From assembly GCA_913063225.1 (NCBI GenBank), contig CAJXYP010000001.1, positions 57,308 to 121,307 of the forward strand: DNA of 64,000 nucleotides, given 5' to 3'. Every line of letters starts with the position of its first letter. Position 1 is the stretch's first letter. Below the pieces are notes generated by a model that searched no databases, was not told the DNA's origin, and saw nothing but the letters and a program-made list of their open reading frames with translations. The translations under genes were made by a program, and so were the position numbers. This DNA comes from an uncultured Cellvibrionales bacterium (GTDB lineage Bacteria > Pseudomonadota > Gammaproteobacteria > Pseudomonadales > GM7GCV1). Of this stretch, positions 1 through 10,672 are shown in pieces.

Positions 1-888
1 AACCCCTTCTAGTTCATCCGTAGAATTGTAGTTAATTATCAGCTTTCCTTTGCCGGAAGCTTTGTGTTGAATAGTGGATCGCGCACCAATCTTTTCACTA
101 AGTTTCTGCTCCAAGCGCTGGATATCTGCGTCGGGTTTAGCGGGCTCTGCTTTAGATTGTGAAGCGCCCTTATTGAAGTTGCGCGCTAGGGCTTCCGCCT
201 GGCGAACTGACATAGCCTTTTCAACTATCTGCAGTGCCGCTTCTTTTTGCTGCGCCGCTTCCAAGCTGAGCAACGCGCGGGCGTGGCCCATTTCCAGATC
301 GGTGTTTTCCACCATCTTACGAACGGCTTCGGTTAACCCGTTAAGGCGCAGCAAGTTGGTAACGGTACTGCGGGATTTACCGACAGCTTTGGCGACTTGA
401 TCGTGCGTTAATTCGAATTCATCTTTTAGCCTGCTTAGGGCATAGGCTTCTTCCATTGGGTTGAGATCTTCCCGCTGGAGGTTTTCGACAAGAGCTACCG
501 CCATGGTCGCTTGGTCGTCGAGCTCTTTGATAAGTACCGGAATATTGTGCAGACCGGCTATTTGGCTAGCGCGCCAACGACGTTCCCCAGCAATAATTTC
601 GTATTTAATGCCCTTAGTCTTAGGCGCGCTAAGGCTACGAACTACTATGGGCTGAAGTAAGCCCTGCTCTTTAATGGAATCAGCGAGTTCATTCAGGGCA
701 TCTTCATCGAAGTATCGCCGCGGCTGATATTGGCCGCGCTGAATCTGATCTACTGGTAGTTCGAGCAGGTTACCTTGGTGCGCTTCGGTTTTACCCGCTG
801 CTACCTCGACTTGCGATTGCTCTATCTCTTTACTTACGCCTAGAAGCGTATCGAGACCACTACCTAATCCACGTTTTTTTGCTGACAT
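1..888 (-). CDS. parB: Chromosome partitioning protein ParB (C-terminal end cut by window edge; start codon at 888-886)
   Basis: It is absent from the ORF track because it is open to the window edge. Manual minus-strand translation from ATG 888 gives MSAKKRGLGSGLDTLLG...YEIIAGERRWRASQIAG...ALVENLQREDLNPMEEA...GKSRSTVTNLLRL, which are ParB/Spo0J box and HTH motifs. It lies immediately downstream of parA. Confidence 0.93.
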   Translation of the reverse strand, partial: MSAKKRGLGSGLDTLLGVSKEIEQSQVEVAAGKTEAHQGNLLELPVDQIQRGQYQPRRYFDEDALNELADSIKEQGLLQPIVVRSLSAPKTKGIKYEIIAGERRWRASQIAGLHNIPVLIKELDDQATMAVALVENLQREDLNPMEEAYALSRLKDEFELTHDQVAKAVGKSRSTVTNLLRLNGLTEAVRKMVENTDLEMGHARALLSLEAAQQKEAALQIVEKAMSVRQAEALARNFNKGASQSKAEPAKPDADIQRLEQKLSEKIGARSTIQHKASGKGKLIINYNSTDELEGV

Positions 889-948
889 CGTTTTTGCCTG
901 AATGCTCTTCGTATATCTACGATTATTATTAAAAAATGTATCTACAAA

Positions 949-1719
949 CTATTTGTTGGTTTTTGCTCTGCGTATAACTTCGGCGGCCAATCCCATATAG
1001 GAAATTGCGCCTTTGGAGTCTTTGTCGTAATCAAAAATTGCCAGCCCATGGCTAGGCGCTTCAGCTAAGCGAATATTTCTCGGGATAGAGGTTTTATAAA
1101 CAATATCGCCAAAATGCTGAGTTAGCTGTTTGCTGACATCAATTGTGAGGGTTGTGCGACTATCGTACATGGTCATCACAATGCCTTCGATATGCAGATA
1201 TTTGTTCGCAACCTGTTCTACTTTTTTGATGGTCTGTACTAAGGCGGACAAACCTTCAAGCGCAAAGAACTCACATTGCACCGGAATAATTACCCCGTCT
1301 GCCGCCACTAAAGCGTTTAACGTAAGCATGTTTAGTGAAGGCGGGCAGTCGATAATGACAAAGTCGTAGTCACCGTCCACTCGCATAAGCGCATGTTTTA
1401 AGCGCTGCTCTCGCATTAACTCATTGAGTAACTCTACTTCGGCCGAGGTGAGTTCGCCGTTGGCGGGCAAGATATCGTATTTGCCTGACTCACACTTTTG
1501 AATGGCGTCTTCAATAGAGACTTCATTCATTAGTACTTCAAGAATACTGTTGGGCAACTCGTTCTTATCAAACGCGCTTGCGGTGGTGGCGTTGCCTTGA
1601 GGATCCATATCGATAAGCAAAACCTTTTTATAGCTTCGCGCTAAACCCGCCGCTAAGTTAACCGCGGTAGTGGTTTTACCTACTCCGCCTTTTTGATTGG
1701 CGATAGCAAAGGTTTGCAT
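949..1719 (-). CDS. parA: Chromosome partitioning ATPase ParA/Soj
   Basis: 256-aa ORF with the deviant Walker A motif NQKGGVGKTTT. It sits in the parA-parB operon position next to rsmG. Confidence 0.95.
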   Translation of the reverse strand: MQTFAIANQKGGVGKTTTAVNLAAGLARSYKKVLLIDMDPQGNATTASAFDKNELPNSILEVLMNEVSIEDAIQKCESGKYDILPANGELTSAEVELLNELMREQRLKHALMRVDGDYDFVIIDCPPSLNMLTLNALVAADGVIIPVQCEFFALEGLSALVQTIKKVEQVANKYLHIEGIVMTMYDSRTTLTIDVSKQLTQHFGDIVYKTSIPRNIRLAEAPSHGLAIFDYDKDSKGAISYMGLAAEVIRRAKTNK

Positions 1720-1735
1720 TAGATGTTGGGCCTTA

Positions 1736-2386
1736 TCAAGGTTGTTGCCTTTTAATTTCTAGTAGATGCCGATCTTCAAAGAGACCGGGCACGGTTAGCG
1801 CGTGACTATCGGTAACCGCAAAAGGAGCTGGCATATCCGTTATTTCTTGTTCTGGGTACTGGCCCTTCATGGCTAGGATAGATCCATTTTGAGTCAGTAG
1901 GTGGTTAGCATTATGTGTGATCTCTTTGAGACTGGCAAAAGCTCTGCAGACAATCACCGGATAAAGTTGATTTGATTGGTGCAGCTCTAGCCGGCTATTG
2001 ATCAATTCAACATTATTTAAGCCGAGCTGTGTGATAACCACTCTGAGAAAGCTGATTCGCTTTGTACTGCTGTCCAGTAAGTGCCATTGCCTGTTCGGCT
2101 GGGCTATTGCTAGGGGAATACCTGGTAGGCCGGCGCCGCTGCCAACATCGAGAATAGGCGACTCGTTCAAGCTCTCGATAAAAGGATAAATCGAAAAGCT
2201 GTCGAGTAGATGTTTGGTTATTTGCTCTTCGGGGTCAGAGATCGCGGTAAGATTTATTTTCTTATTCCAGCGATTCATCAAATCCAGATACTTTATTAGC
2301 TGGTCGATCTGGTCTGCATTTAATTGCTGGGACATTTCTGTCAGACCGTTCTGCAGCTTAGTGCGCAGTTGAACACTACTGGTCAT
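1736..2386 (-). CDS. rsmG: 16S rRNA m7G527 methyltransferase RsmG (GidB)
   Basis: 216-aa ORF with the SAM-binding motif DVGSGAGLPGIPLAI. It follows the conserved mnmG-rsmG-parA order. Confidence 0.93.
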   Translation of the reverse strand: MTSSVQLRTKLQNGLTEMSQQLNADQIDQLIKYLDLMNRWNKKINLTAISDPEEQITKHLLDSFSIYPFIESLNESPILDVGSGAGLPGIPLAIAQPNRQWHLLDSSTKRISFLRVVITQLGLNNVELINSRLELHQSNQLYPVIVCRAFASLKEITHNANHLLTQNGSILAMKGQYPEQEITDMPAPFAVTDSHALTVPGLFEDRHLLEIKRQQP

Positions 2387-2401
2387 ATTTGAAGCCCGCC
2401 A

Positions 2402-4279
2402 TTAAGCGGTTTTTTTCAGAGGTTGTTGCCGCTTAAGGTGGATCAATAACAGTGAAACCGCAGCTGGCGTAACACCGGGCACACGAGAAGCCTGGCCGAT
2501 AGTTTCTGGTTTTACATCGCCCAACTTCTGCTGAACTTCATTAGATAAACCGGACACACCGCTGTAATTAAACGTCGCTGGAATTTTGTGATGTTCTTGG
2601 TTTTTAACTTTAGCCACTTCGTCCGTTTGGCGATCAATATAACCAGCGTACTTAGCGGATATTTCTAATTGCTGGCCAGCGGCTTCTTCCACCGGTTCAG
2701 ATTCTGAAACGGCACAGATTTTTTTATAGTCCAGTTCGGGTCTTTTTAGTAGATCAAAAAGAGAGTATTCCCGACTTATAGGTCGCTCAATCAAATCATT
2801 TAGCCGCCCAGCCGTGGCGGTTCCGGGTTGAACCCAGGTATCTTTAAAACGCTGAGTTTCTTTGACTACCGCTTCGTTTTTATCTTGAAAGTTCTTCCAG
2901 CGGGCATCATCTACCAAACCTAGCTCGCGGCCTTTTGCCGTTAGTCGCTGATCAGCGTTATCTTCGCGCAACATCAACCGATGCTCGGCTCTGCTAGTGA
3001 ACATTCGATAAGGTTCTTTGGTTCCCAAAGTCACCAAGTCATCAACCATCACACCCAGATAGGCCTGGTCTCGCCCGGGACACCAGGAGTCTTGCTCGCG
3101 GCCAAGTAATACGGCGTTTATACCTGCCAACATACCTTGGGCGGCGGCCTCTTCGTACCCTGTAGTGCCGTTAATTTGTCCGGCAAAAAACAATCCCGGA
3201 ACATGTTTGTTTTCCAGCGAATTTTTCAGGTCTCGTGGATCAAAGAAGTCGTATTCGATAGCGTAGCCAGGACGGGTAATGTGCGCACTCTCAAATCCGG
3301 AAATACTGCGCACAAGATCCTGCTGCACATCAAAGGGCAAACTGGTGGATATGCCGTTTGGATATAACTCTTTTGTTTGAAGCCCTTCTGGCTCAACAAA
3401 TATCTGATGAGAGCTCTTGTCGGCAAAGCGAACAATTTTGTCTTCAATCGATGGGCAGTACCGCGGGCCAATGCCTTCAATTACGCCGGTAAACATAGGT
3501 GAACGATCTAGACCGCCGCGAATAATCTCATGGGTTTTTTCAGATGTGTGGGTAATCCAGCAGCAAGCTTGCTGAGGATGTTGATCTACCGAACCAAGAA
3601 AGCTCATTACGGGTTCTGGTTTGTCTCCCCACTGTTCTTCCATCACGGAAAAGTCGACGCTGCGCGCGTCAATGCGGGGAGGAGTACCGGTTTTTAATCG
3701 ATCTACTCGAAGCGGCATTTCGCGCAAACGATCAGCCAATCTAATTGAGGGTGGATCGCCTGCTCTGCCGGCCAAATGGTTTTCTAGGCCGATATGCACT
3801 TTGCCGCCGAGGAATGTACCGGTGGTTAATACAACCGCTGGTGCGCTGAAGGTCAGGCCCATGTTGGTAACTACACCGGTTACCCGGCCAGATTCAATCG
3901 CCAAGTCATCAACTGCTTGCTGAAAAATATGCAGGTTTGGTTGGTTTTCTAGGATTCCGCGAATGGCTTGTCGATATAAAACCCGGTCGGCCTGAGCGCG
4001 AGTTGCTCTAACCGCTGGGCCTTTTCGAGAGTTTAGCAACCGAAATTGGATGCCGGCCTGGTCTGTGGCTAAGCCCATTGCGCCGCCAAGAGCATCTACT
4101 TCTCGGACGAGGTGGCTCTTGCCAATACCGCCAATAGCGGGGTTGCAGGACATTTGGCCAAGTGTTTCGACGTTGTGAGTTAGCAGGAGTGTGCTGGCGC
4201 CCATGCGCGCAGCCGCTAACGCCGCTTCGGTGCCTGCGTGTCCTCCTCCAACAACGATAACGTCGTAATTCAAATCCAT
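2402..4279 (-). CDS. mnmG: tRNA uridine 5-carboxymethylaminomethyl modification enzyme MnmG (GidA)
   Basis: 625-aa ORF with the N-terminal FAD motif [14 protein letters not shown] and typical GidA length. Confidence 0.96.
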   Translation of the reverse strand: MDLNYDVIVVGGGHAGTEAALAAARMGASTLLLTHNVETLGQMSCNPAIGGIGKSHLVREVDALGGAMGLATDQAGIQFRLLNSRKGPAVRATRAQADRVLYRQAIRGILENQPNLHIFQQAVDDLAIESGRVTGVVTNMGLTFSAPAVVLTTGTFLGGKVHIGLENHLAGRAGDPPSIRLADRLREMPLRVDRLKTGTPPRIDARSVDFSVMEEQWGDKPEPVMSFLGSVDQHPQQACCWITHTSEKTHEIIRGGLDRSPMFTGVIEGIGPRYCPSIEDKIVRFADKSSHQIFVEPEGLQTKELYPNGISTSLPFDVQQDLVRSISGFESAHITRPGYAIEYDFFDPRDLKNSLENKHVPGLFFAGQINGTTGYEEAAAQGMLAGINAVLLGREQDSWCPGRDQAYLGVMVDDLVTLGTKEPYRMFTSRAEHRLMLREDNADQRLTAKGRELGLVDDARWKNFQDKNEAVVKETQRFKDTWVQPGTATAGRLNDLIERPISREYSLFDLLKRPELDYKKICAVSESEPVEEAAGQQLEISAKYAGYIDRQTDEVAKVKNQEHHKIPATFNYSGVSGLSNEVQQKLGDVKPETIGQASRVPGVTPAAVSLLLIHLKRQQPLKKTA

Positions 4280-4359
4280 GTGGTTAGTGATTGATCAATT
4301 ATTAATTTGGCCGCGCATTATAGGCTCCTTTTCTGAAACACCAAATTATTGGATTCAGC

Positions 4360-4681
4360 TAAGTTATTAATAATATATATATGAATATGTATGAAAAGAT
4401 AGAAGCACTATTGTTGTTACTACTACTGAAGCACTTTTCGGTGGGTAAGTGCCTTTTCTCTTCTGGGGTCAATTGCTTGCGGCAAGTATAACTAGGCAAA
4501 TAAGTCGTAACTAAACAGCGAAAGTCTTGAGTGTAATCTGTGGTTAGTTTTTAGGGTAAATTCGGGTCGAAAATCTATCCCCTTTGTGGGCACACTTAAT
4601 CCACAGGATATCTTCTGAAAAAAAGGATAAGTATTTTTTAGGAAGCTAGATTCCGGATACTTGTGGAAAAGCTGTGGGTGA
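4360..4681. other. AT-rich tract plus degenerate DnaA-box-like 9-mers in the mnmE-mnmG spacer (secondary DnaA-binding / oriC-like candidate)
   Basis: The 426-nt non-coding gap contains a very AT-rich run at 4363-4400 (gttattaataatatatatatgaatatgtatgaaaag). One-mismatch DnaA boxes are TAATCCACA at 4597-4605 and TGTGGAAAA at 4662-4670. Weaker matches are TGTGGTTAG at 4539-4547 and TGTGGGTGA at 4673-4681. Confidence 0.25.
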
Positions 4682-4705
4682 CTGCTTTTATTTAGCGGTG
4701 GTTTT

Positions 4706-6142
4706 TTATTTGCCTACACAGAAGCTAGAGAATATCTCACCAAGTAAATCATCGGTGCTAAACACACCCGTGATGCTCTGCAGTTTTAAATGGGCCCACT
4801 TAAGTTCTTCAGCTATAAGCTCACCTGCTTGCTGATCAACCAATAGGATTAAGCAAGTTTGGATATGTTGCTGGGCTGATTCCAGTGCGTGGATGTGCCG
4901 GGTTCTTGCAGAGAAGGCGGGCTCGGTGTCTGTTAGTCCCGCTAGTTCTTTAAGGTGTTGCGTAACCTCTTTAAGGCCGGTGCTTTCTTTTAGGCTGGTG
5001 CCATAGGTGGGGATGTTGTTTGAAGCGGCCCCTGTATTAGCGCTATCAGAGCCCCAAAGACCATAAGCATCGCCAGATAAATCTATCTTGTTTGCTATAA
5101 GGCTAATACTTACTTTTAGGGCTAAACCAGATTGGTACTTTTCTATTAGCGCTAAGCTAGATTCGCCACTGTCTTTGCTGGCATCAAACATTATAAGTAG
5201 ATGGTCTGCTTTGGTAGCTGACTGAATAGCTCGCTTTATACCTAGCTCTTCAACCGCGTCTGGATTGGCGTTAAGGCCAGCGGTATCTGTAATGGTTACC
5301 GCTAGACCGTCTAGATCTATGGTTTCTGACAGGGTGTCTCTGGTAGTGCCGGCGATATCAGTAACAATGGCGCGGTCTGTTCCTGAGAAGTAATTAAGTA
5401 AGCTGGACTTGCCCGCGTTGGGAGCACCTAGAATTACTAAGCTCAAGCCATCTAACAATTTCTGACCACGTCTGCCCTCTTCCAGGCAGTTGCTAACATC
5501 ATGAGCTATTTGGTTGATGGCTTTTTCTACTTTGCCGTCGCTAAGAAAGTCGATTTCTTCTTCGGCAAAGTCGATAGAGGCTTCTACGTATTTCCTTAGC
5601 TCAACAGCTTGGTTAGCTATGCCATTAACGATATTTGAGAACACACCTTCTAGGGATTTAGTTGCAGCGCGAGCAGCAGATTCGCTGCCGCTGGCAATAA
5701 GGTCGGCGATAGCTTCTGCCTGAGTTAGATCTATACGGCCGTTTAGAAAAGCACGTTGTGAAAACTCACCTGGTTCTGCAAGACGAGCACCTAGGGCTAA
5801 GCATTCCCTTATAAGTCTTTTCAGAGTGATCGGGCTACCGTGCGCCTGAATTTCTACGACATCTTCGCCGGTAAAGGAGTTTGGTTGGGGGAAGTAGAGG
5901 CTGATACCTGAATCAATGGTTTCAGGTTCGAAAGCTTGTACGGTGTGCGCGCTGGTGAAATAAGAGAACTTTGCCTTTCTGGGTTGCAGCTGCCCTGCCC
6001 CAATAGATTCAGCTATCTTCAAGCTGTTGGCACCACTCAGACGAATGATGCCTATACCAGATTTCCCTGGGGCTGTGGCTAGGGCGACAATCGTGTCGCC
6101 AACATAATTGCCAGTTAAAGCTTCAGGCTCTATATCCGACAT
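4706..6142 (-). CDS. mnmE: tRNA modification GTPase MnmE (TrmE)
   Basis: 478-aa ORF with G1 motif GAPNAGKSSLLN, G-domain DTAG, and the characteristic C-terminal CVGK tetrapeptide. Confidence 0.95.
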   Translation of the reverse strand: MSDIEPEALTGNYVGDTIVALATAPGKSGIGIIRLSGANSLKIAESIGAGQLQPRKAKFSYFTSAHTVQAFEPETIDSGISLYFPQPNSFTGEDVVEIQAHGSPITLKRLIRECLALGARLAEPGEFSQRAFLNGRIDLTQAEAIADLIASGSESAARAATKSLEGVFSNIVNGIANQAVELRKYVEASIDFAEEEIDFLSDGKVEKAINQIAHDVSNCLEEGRRGQKLLDGLSLVILGAPNAGKSSLLNYFSGTDRAIVTDIAGTTRDTLSETIDLDGLAVTITDTAGLNANPDAVEELGIKRAIQSATKADHLLIMFDASKDSGESSLALIEKYQSGLALKVSISLIANKIDLSGDAYGLWGSDSANTGAASNNIPTYGTSLKESTGLKEVTQHLKELAGLTDTEPAFSARTRHIHALESAQQHIQTCLILLVDQQAGELIAEELKWAHLKLQSITGVFSTDDLLGEIFSSFCVGK

Positions 6143-6145
6143 AGC

Positions 6146-7888
6146 TTATTCGGGTTTGGTATCGGCTTTTTCTATGTTGCGCGTAATTACCCATTGCTGG
6201 CTGATGGATAGAATGTTGTTGCTCACCCAATAAAGCACCAAACCAGAGGGGAACCACATAAACATAAAGGTAAACATGAACGGCATCATCTGCATTACCT
6301 TAGCCTGAGTCGGATCAGGTGGCGCAGGGTTTAGGCGCATTTGGAACCACATACTAACGCCCATAACGAGCGGCAATATAAACCAGGGGTCTTTGGAGGA
6401 TAGATCGATAATCCATCCAAAGAATGGTTCGTGACGCAATTCAACGCTTTCTCGTAGAACCCAATAAAGCGCAATAAAAACAGGCATTTGCACCAGTATA
6501 GGCAAACAGCCACCCATAGGGTTGACCTTCTCTTTTTGGTAGAGACGCATCATCTCTTGCGAGAATTGTTGTTTGTCGTCGCCATAGCGTTCTTTTAAGG
6601 CAGCGAGCTTAGGCTGCAACTTACGCATCCGCGCCATCGACTTATAGCTGGTCTCGGATAACTTAAAGAAAATCAGCTTCACTATTAGCGTGAGCAAGAT
6701 AATACAAATACCCCAGTTGGCTACGCCACCAAATACTTTGGCGTCGATACCAAAGGATTTAATTTCTCCGTTGTGGAGAAAATAAAGAATGGCGTATAGC
6801 GGTTGTGCTGCCCACCAAACCCAGCCGTAGTCTACGGTGAGATCAAGATGTTCAGAGATGGTGCGCAAGCGATATTGATCTTTGGGTCCTATGTATAAAC
6901 CCGAAGTTAAGCTGTCTTGACTGCCAGCAGCAACCTGAAGCGGTGCTTGAGTGAAGCCCACATAGTACAAGCCGTTGGCGGTAGATTGGCGCAAGTTGTA
7001 TTCCAGGGAATAGGCAGCGTCCGGAATCCAGGCCGATAGAAAGTAGTTTTGCAGTATGGCGGCCCAGCCAGAATCGACAGTTTCACGAAAGCCACCATCT
7101 TCTAAGTCGTCAAAGTCAAATTTCTTATAGCGATCTTCCGGAGTGGTAATAGCCGGCCCAACAAAGGGTTTGGCGCCCATACCACCGGTTGATGGTGGAA
7201 CGTAGTTGTCGCGTTTTAACTGCGCATAAAAAGCGGCTGACCAATTTTCGGTACTGCGGTTGTCTACTATGTATTCAACGCCAAGGTAGTAATCACCACG
7301 ATTAAGGGTAAAGCGCTTAGTAATCAGTACTTCGCCTTGAAGGTATTGCAGGTCCAGAACTACAGAATCCTCACCTTCGGAAATTTCTAAATCGGTTGTT
7401 GCTGAACTAAAGGTAGGCCGGCCTTCGTTAGTATCCGTTCCGTTGCTACCAACCAGGCCGCTCTGAGCTACATAGGTTCGGTTGCCGTTGTCGATCAGTA
7501 AATAGATAGGGTCCTGCCCGTCTATGGTTTCTAGGTGCTCCAACAATTGCGCTTCAACAATATCTCCACCTAATGGGTCGATCTGTAGTTGCAGTACATC
7601 GTTGGCAAAGCGTATTAGTGAAGTATTGGCGGGCGCCACATCTGTAAAGGGCGCGCCCGATGATGCCCCTGCCGCGAAGGCTTCAGGGATCTCTTGATTG
7701 ATGCCGTTCCCGCTTGGACCGCTTTGGGTTGGAATACCGGTAGCCCGGTTAGCGGCTATAGCTGGTTGGTTGGCTTCCGCTTGATTAGCAAGCTCGGCCT
7801 GAAAGTCGTCGTACTCTCTAAAAAGAAGCAGTAGTACAGCAACCATGCCCGCAATGAGGCAGCCGCTAATCAGATCAAATTTTTTCAA
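6146..7888 (-). CDS. yidC: Membrane protein insertase YidC
   Basis: 580-aa ORF with an N-terminal TM segment, a large periplasmic domain and a C-terminal Oxa1/YidC core ([20 protein letters not shown]). It follows the canonical rnpA-yidD-yidC-mnmE order. Confidence 0.95.
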   Translation of the reverse strand: MKKFDLISGCLIAGMVAVLLLLFREYDDFQAELANQAEANQPAIAANRATGIPTQSGPSGNGINQEIPEAFAAGASSGAPFTDVAPANTSLIRFANDVLQLQIDPLGGDIVEAQLLEHLETIDGQDPIYLLIDNGNRTYVAQSGLVGSNGTDTNEGRPTFSSATTDLEISEGEDSVVLDLQYLQGEVLITKRFTLNRGDYYLGVEYIVDNRSTENWSAAFYAQLKRDNYVPPSTGGMGAKPFVGPAITTPEDRYKKFDFDDLEDGGFRETVDSGWAAILQNYFLSAWIPDAAYSLEYNLRQSTANGLYYVGFTQAPLQVAAGSQDSLTSGLYIGPKDQYRLRTISEHLDLTVDYGWVWWAAQPLYAILYFLHNGEIKSFGIDAKVFGGVANWGICIILLTLIVKLIFFKLSETSYKSMARMRKLQPKLAALKERYGDDKQQFSQEMMRLYQKEKVNPMGGCLPILVQMPVFIALYWVLRESVELRHEPFFGWIIDLSSKDPWFILPLVMGVSMWFQMRLNPAPPDPTQAKVMQMMPFMFTFMFMWFPSGLVLYWVSNNILSISQQWVITRNIEKADTKPE

Positions 7889-8187
7889 AAGGTCTCACCT
7901 AAATTATGTTGGGGCATAGGAGTATTAGTTTCTGGTGCCGGTGTTTTTGGTACCGAAGCGTCATGAACGGGATCTATGCCGCCAGGATGAAAAGGATGGC
8001 ATTTTAAGCATCGACGGGCCGCTAGGTAACCCCCACGAGCAAAACCGTGGTGAATTAGTGCATCTTTAGCGTAATGAGAGCAACTGGGGTAGAAGCGACA
8101 CTTGGGGCCAAACATAGGGCTAATGTACTTTTGGTACAGTCCGATTAACTCACAAAGGATAGAAGTAGCTCTATTGGATTTGGGCAT
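7885..8187 (-). CDS. yidD: Membrane protein insertion efficiency factor YidD
   Basis: 100-aa ORF with [23 protein letters not shown]...[12 protein letters not shown]. It overlaps the rnpA 3' end and the yidC start by 4 nt. Confidence 0.85.
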   Translation of the reverse strand: MPKSNRATSILCELIGLYQKYISPMFGPKCRFYPSCSHYAKDALIHHGFARGGYLAARRCLKCHPFHPGGIDPVHDASVPKTPAPETNTPMPQHNLGETF

Positions 8188-8536
8188 AACGCTTTGCGAT
8201 GGTGTCGAACATATCGTCTATTAACTTTCGTAATTCTGTTGCGGAGAGATCGCCAGCACCAGGCCGGGTTAGTACCAAACAGTCTAAACCAGAGATATTG
8301 GTTTGTAAGTGACGAAAAGATTCTCGAACAATTCGTTTTACCCGATTTCTATCGTGGGCGAAACGGACAAACTTTTTACGCATCACTAATCCGAGACGCG
8401 GATGTTCTAAGTCATTAGGTTTAGCAAGAATTAACAGGGTCGGAGAGCCGACCCGAAATTGGTTCTGATCAAAAACCGCCTGAAATTGTTTCGGGGTTTT
8501 CAGTCGGTGCTGAGGGCGGAATTTAAAACGGAGCAC
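8171..8536 (-). CDS. rnpA: Ribonuclease P protein component RnpA
   Basis: 121-aa basic ORF with the RNR motif region ([15 protein letters not shown]). It lies directly downstream of rpmH. Confidence 0.92.
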   Translation of the reverse strand: MLRFKFRPQHRLKTPKQFQAVFDQNQFRVGSPTLLILAKPNDLEHPRLGLVMRKKFVRFAHDRNRVKRIVRESFRHLQTNISGLDCLVLTRPGAGDLSATELRKLIDDMFDTIAKRYAQIQ

Positions 8537-8561
8537 TTCGGCAAGCGCTCGAGCGGCCTGT

Positions 8562-8696
8562 TTAGGCGCTCAGCTCTTTTCTGCCTTTCGAACGACGACG
8601 AGCTAATACCTTGCGGCCGTTAGCTGAAGCCATGCGTGCACGAAAGCCGTGAGTTCGCTTGCGGCGAATGTTGCTGGGCTGAAATGTTCTTTTCAT
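8562..8696 (-). CDS. rpmH: 50S ribosomal protein L34
   Basis: It is too short for the ORF track. Manual translation gives [44 protein letters not shown] (44 aa), a textbook L34 sequence. Confidence 0.95.
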   Translation of the reverse strand: MKRTFQPSNIRRKRTHGFRARMASANGRKVLARRRSKGRKELSA

Positions 8697-8957
8697 CGGA
8701 CTGCTTCCGTAATCTAATTAGTGTAGCTCGGTCAGCGAAAGTTTGCTGTCACAGAGCGGGGCGCGCGATTCTAAGCAACCCACCCGAATAAATCAATGAA
8801 AGCTTCAAAAAAGAAGCAGTTATCTCTTCTGGTAGAAAATAGTTATTTAGAGTCGTAACCTAATAGAACTTATTAATACCTGCTTTATCTCTTAGGTGAA
8901 ATACAAATTGGAGCCAAAGTGTGAAAGATAACCGCCAATTCACTGTTAACTCACAAC

Positions 8958-9150
8958 ATATCCACAGCTTTCGGATATGAGAGTCCTCTTCTGGGGATAG
9001 TTTTCTATTGGGGTGTATTTCGTTGACTTGACTTAACGTTATGAAAATAAAAGAATAAAGTGGTTTTTTGTGGGGGGTTTACCCGGGCTCTAGGTTGTGG
9101 ATAAATACGCTGCATATTAAGACAGGGTCTCCACTGAGAAAGGTGGATAA
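8958..9150. other. DnaA-box cluster in the rpmH-dnaA spacer: best candidate for oriC and/or the dnaA autoregulatory region
   Basis: There is a perfect DnaA box TGTGGATAA at 9096-9104. One-mismatch boxes are ATATCCACA at 8958-8966 and GGTGGATAA at 9142-9150, and TATGGATAG at 9161-9169 is weaker. An AT-rich stretch lies at about 9036-9062 (atgaaaataaaagaataaag). In Pseudomonas-type genomes oriC lies in this spacer. Confidence 0.5.
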
Positions 9151-9222
9151 CTTCTCCAGCTATGGATAGGTGGGTAAACAATCAATCGGCGCAGTACGGT
9201 TAATAATAAAGAGGTCTAATCG

Positions 9223-10623
9223 GTGTCCACCCTTCTTTGGGAACAGTGCAGCAACGCACTACAAGATGAATTACCGGAACAACAGTTTAATACTTGGATT
9301 CGTCCCCTGAAGTGTCAGGAGGGCAATGGTGAGATTCGTCTATTGGCGCCAAACCGTTTTGTATTGGATTGGGTTACCGAGAAGTTCTTGGTGCGGATCA
9401 AAGCATTATTGGGAGAAGCATCGGCACAACCGCCGCGTGTAATTATTGATTTGCTTGATGCCAACCAGGAAGTGCCAGCGCTAAGCTTTGGCCCAAACCT
9501 TGGGTTGCATGCCACTGCCGCTCAATCTCAAGTCACTCCAGCGGTTCATACCGGGTCTAGGACTAGGGTAGAGCACAAAGAACATTCGTTGATGGGCACC
9601 AGCCGATCAAATTTGGATAATCAATTTACCTTTAATACCTTTGTTGAGGGTAAGTCTAACCAGCTTGCTTTGGCGGCTGCTAAGCAAGTAGCGCAAAATC
9701 CTGGCGAAGGCTACAACCCTCTATTTATATATGGGGGCGTAGGCTTGGGTAAAACCCATCTTATGCAAGCGGTTGGTAATCAACTAAAGCTGCAAAACCC
9801 TAATGCCCGAGTGTTGTATTTACACTCCGAGCGTTTTGTAGCGGATATGGTTAAAGCGCTGCAGCTGAATGCTATCAATGACTTCAAAAGATTCTATCGT
9901 TCTGCAGACGCGCTTTTGATTGATGATATTCAATTTTTTGCGAATAAAGACCGTAGCCAGGAAGAGTTTTTCCATACCTTTAATTCGTTGTTGGAATCTC
10001 GCCAGCAAATGATTATGAGTTGTGATCGTTACCCAAAAGAAATTGATGGGCTAGAAGAGCGATTAAAGTCGCGTTTTGGTTGGGGTTTGACGGTTGCAGT
10101 AGAGCCTCCTGAGCTGGAAACGCGCGTCGCAATTTTGATGAATAAGGCCCAGCAATCGAATATGGATCTGCCCACAGATGCCGCCTTTTTTATTGCGGAA
10201 AGAGTTCGATCAAATGTTAGAGAGCTAGAAGGTGCGCTTAAGAGAGTGATGGCGAGCGCTCACTTCACAGGCCAGCCTGTAACCCTGGACTTGATCAAAG
10301 AATCCCTTAAAGACTTGTTTGCTTTGCAGGACCGGTTGGTGACTGTAGATAACATTCAGAAGACGGTTGCAGCCTACTATCAAATAAAATTAAGCGACCT
10401 GATGTCGAAAAAAAGAACACGTTCTTTGGCCCGACCAAGGCAAGTGGCTATGGCATTATCTAAGTCCCTGACTAATAATAGCTTGCCTGAAATAGGCACT
10501 GCTTTTGGCGGTCGAGATCACACTACGGTATTGCATGCATGCCGTAAGATTAAAGAGCTCGAAGAGACAACCGCGGACATGCGTGAAGACCTAAAGAATT
10601 TGAACCGAACACTGAGCCATTAA
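9223..10623 (+). CDS. dnaA: Chromosomal replication initiator DnaA
   Basis: 466-aa ORF with a GTG start 8 nt after GAGG. It has the AAA+ Walker A motif [13 protein letters not shown] and the C-terminal DNA-binding signature [11 protein letters not shown]. Confidence 0.97.
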   Translation: MSTLLWEQCSNALQDELPEQQFNTWIRPLKCQEGNGEIRLLAPNRFVLDWVTEKFLVRIKALLGEASAQPPRVIIDLLDANQEVPALSFGPNLGLHATAAQSQVTPAVHTGSRTRVEHKEHSLMGTSRSNLDNQFTFNTFVEGKSNQLALAAAKQVAQNPGEGYNPLFIYGGVGLGKTHLMQAVGNQLKLQNPNARVLYLHSERFVADMVKALQLNAINDFKRFYRSADALLIDDIQFFANKDRSQEEFFHTFNSLLESRQQMIMSCDRYPKEIDGLEERLKSRFGWGLTVAVEPPELETRVAILMNKAQQSNMDLPTDAAFFIAERVRSNVRELEGALKRVMASAHFTGQPVTLDLIKESLKDLFALQDRLVTVDNIQKTVAAYYQIKLSDLMSKKRTRSLARPRQVAMALSKSLTNNSLPEIGTAFGGRDHTTVLHACRKIKELEETTADMREDLKNLNRTLSH

Positions 10624-10672
10624 TTAAATACTAGGCTGTTCAGCTAGAGGCCTAAATAGGAATTATGTACCC

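Noticed and set aside
4381-4491. A 36-codon + strand ORF, MNMYEKIEALLLLLLLKHFSVGKCLFSSGVNCLRQV, contains six consecutive Leu codons and is followed by a hairpin with a T-rich tail (4430-4465). It resembles an attenuation leader.
   Set aside because: Nothing downstream on that strand could be regulated, because only antisense mnmE lies there. There is no SD, and the ORF lies in the AT-rich tract where such ORFs arise by chance. It is kept only as part of the DnaA-box/AT-rich spacer description.
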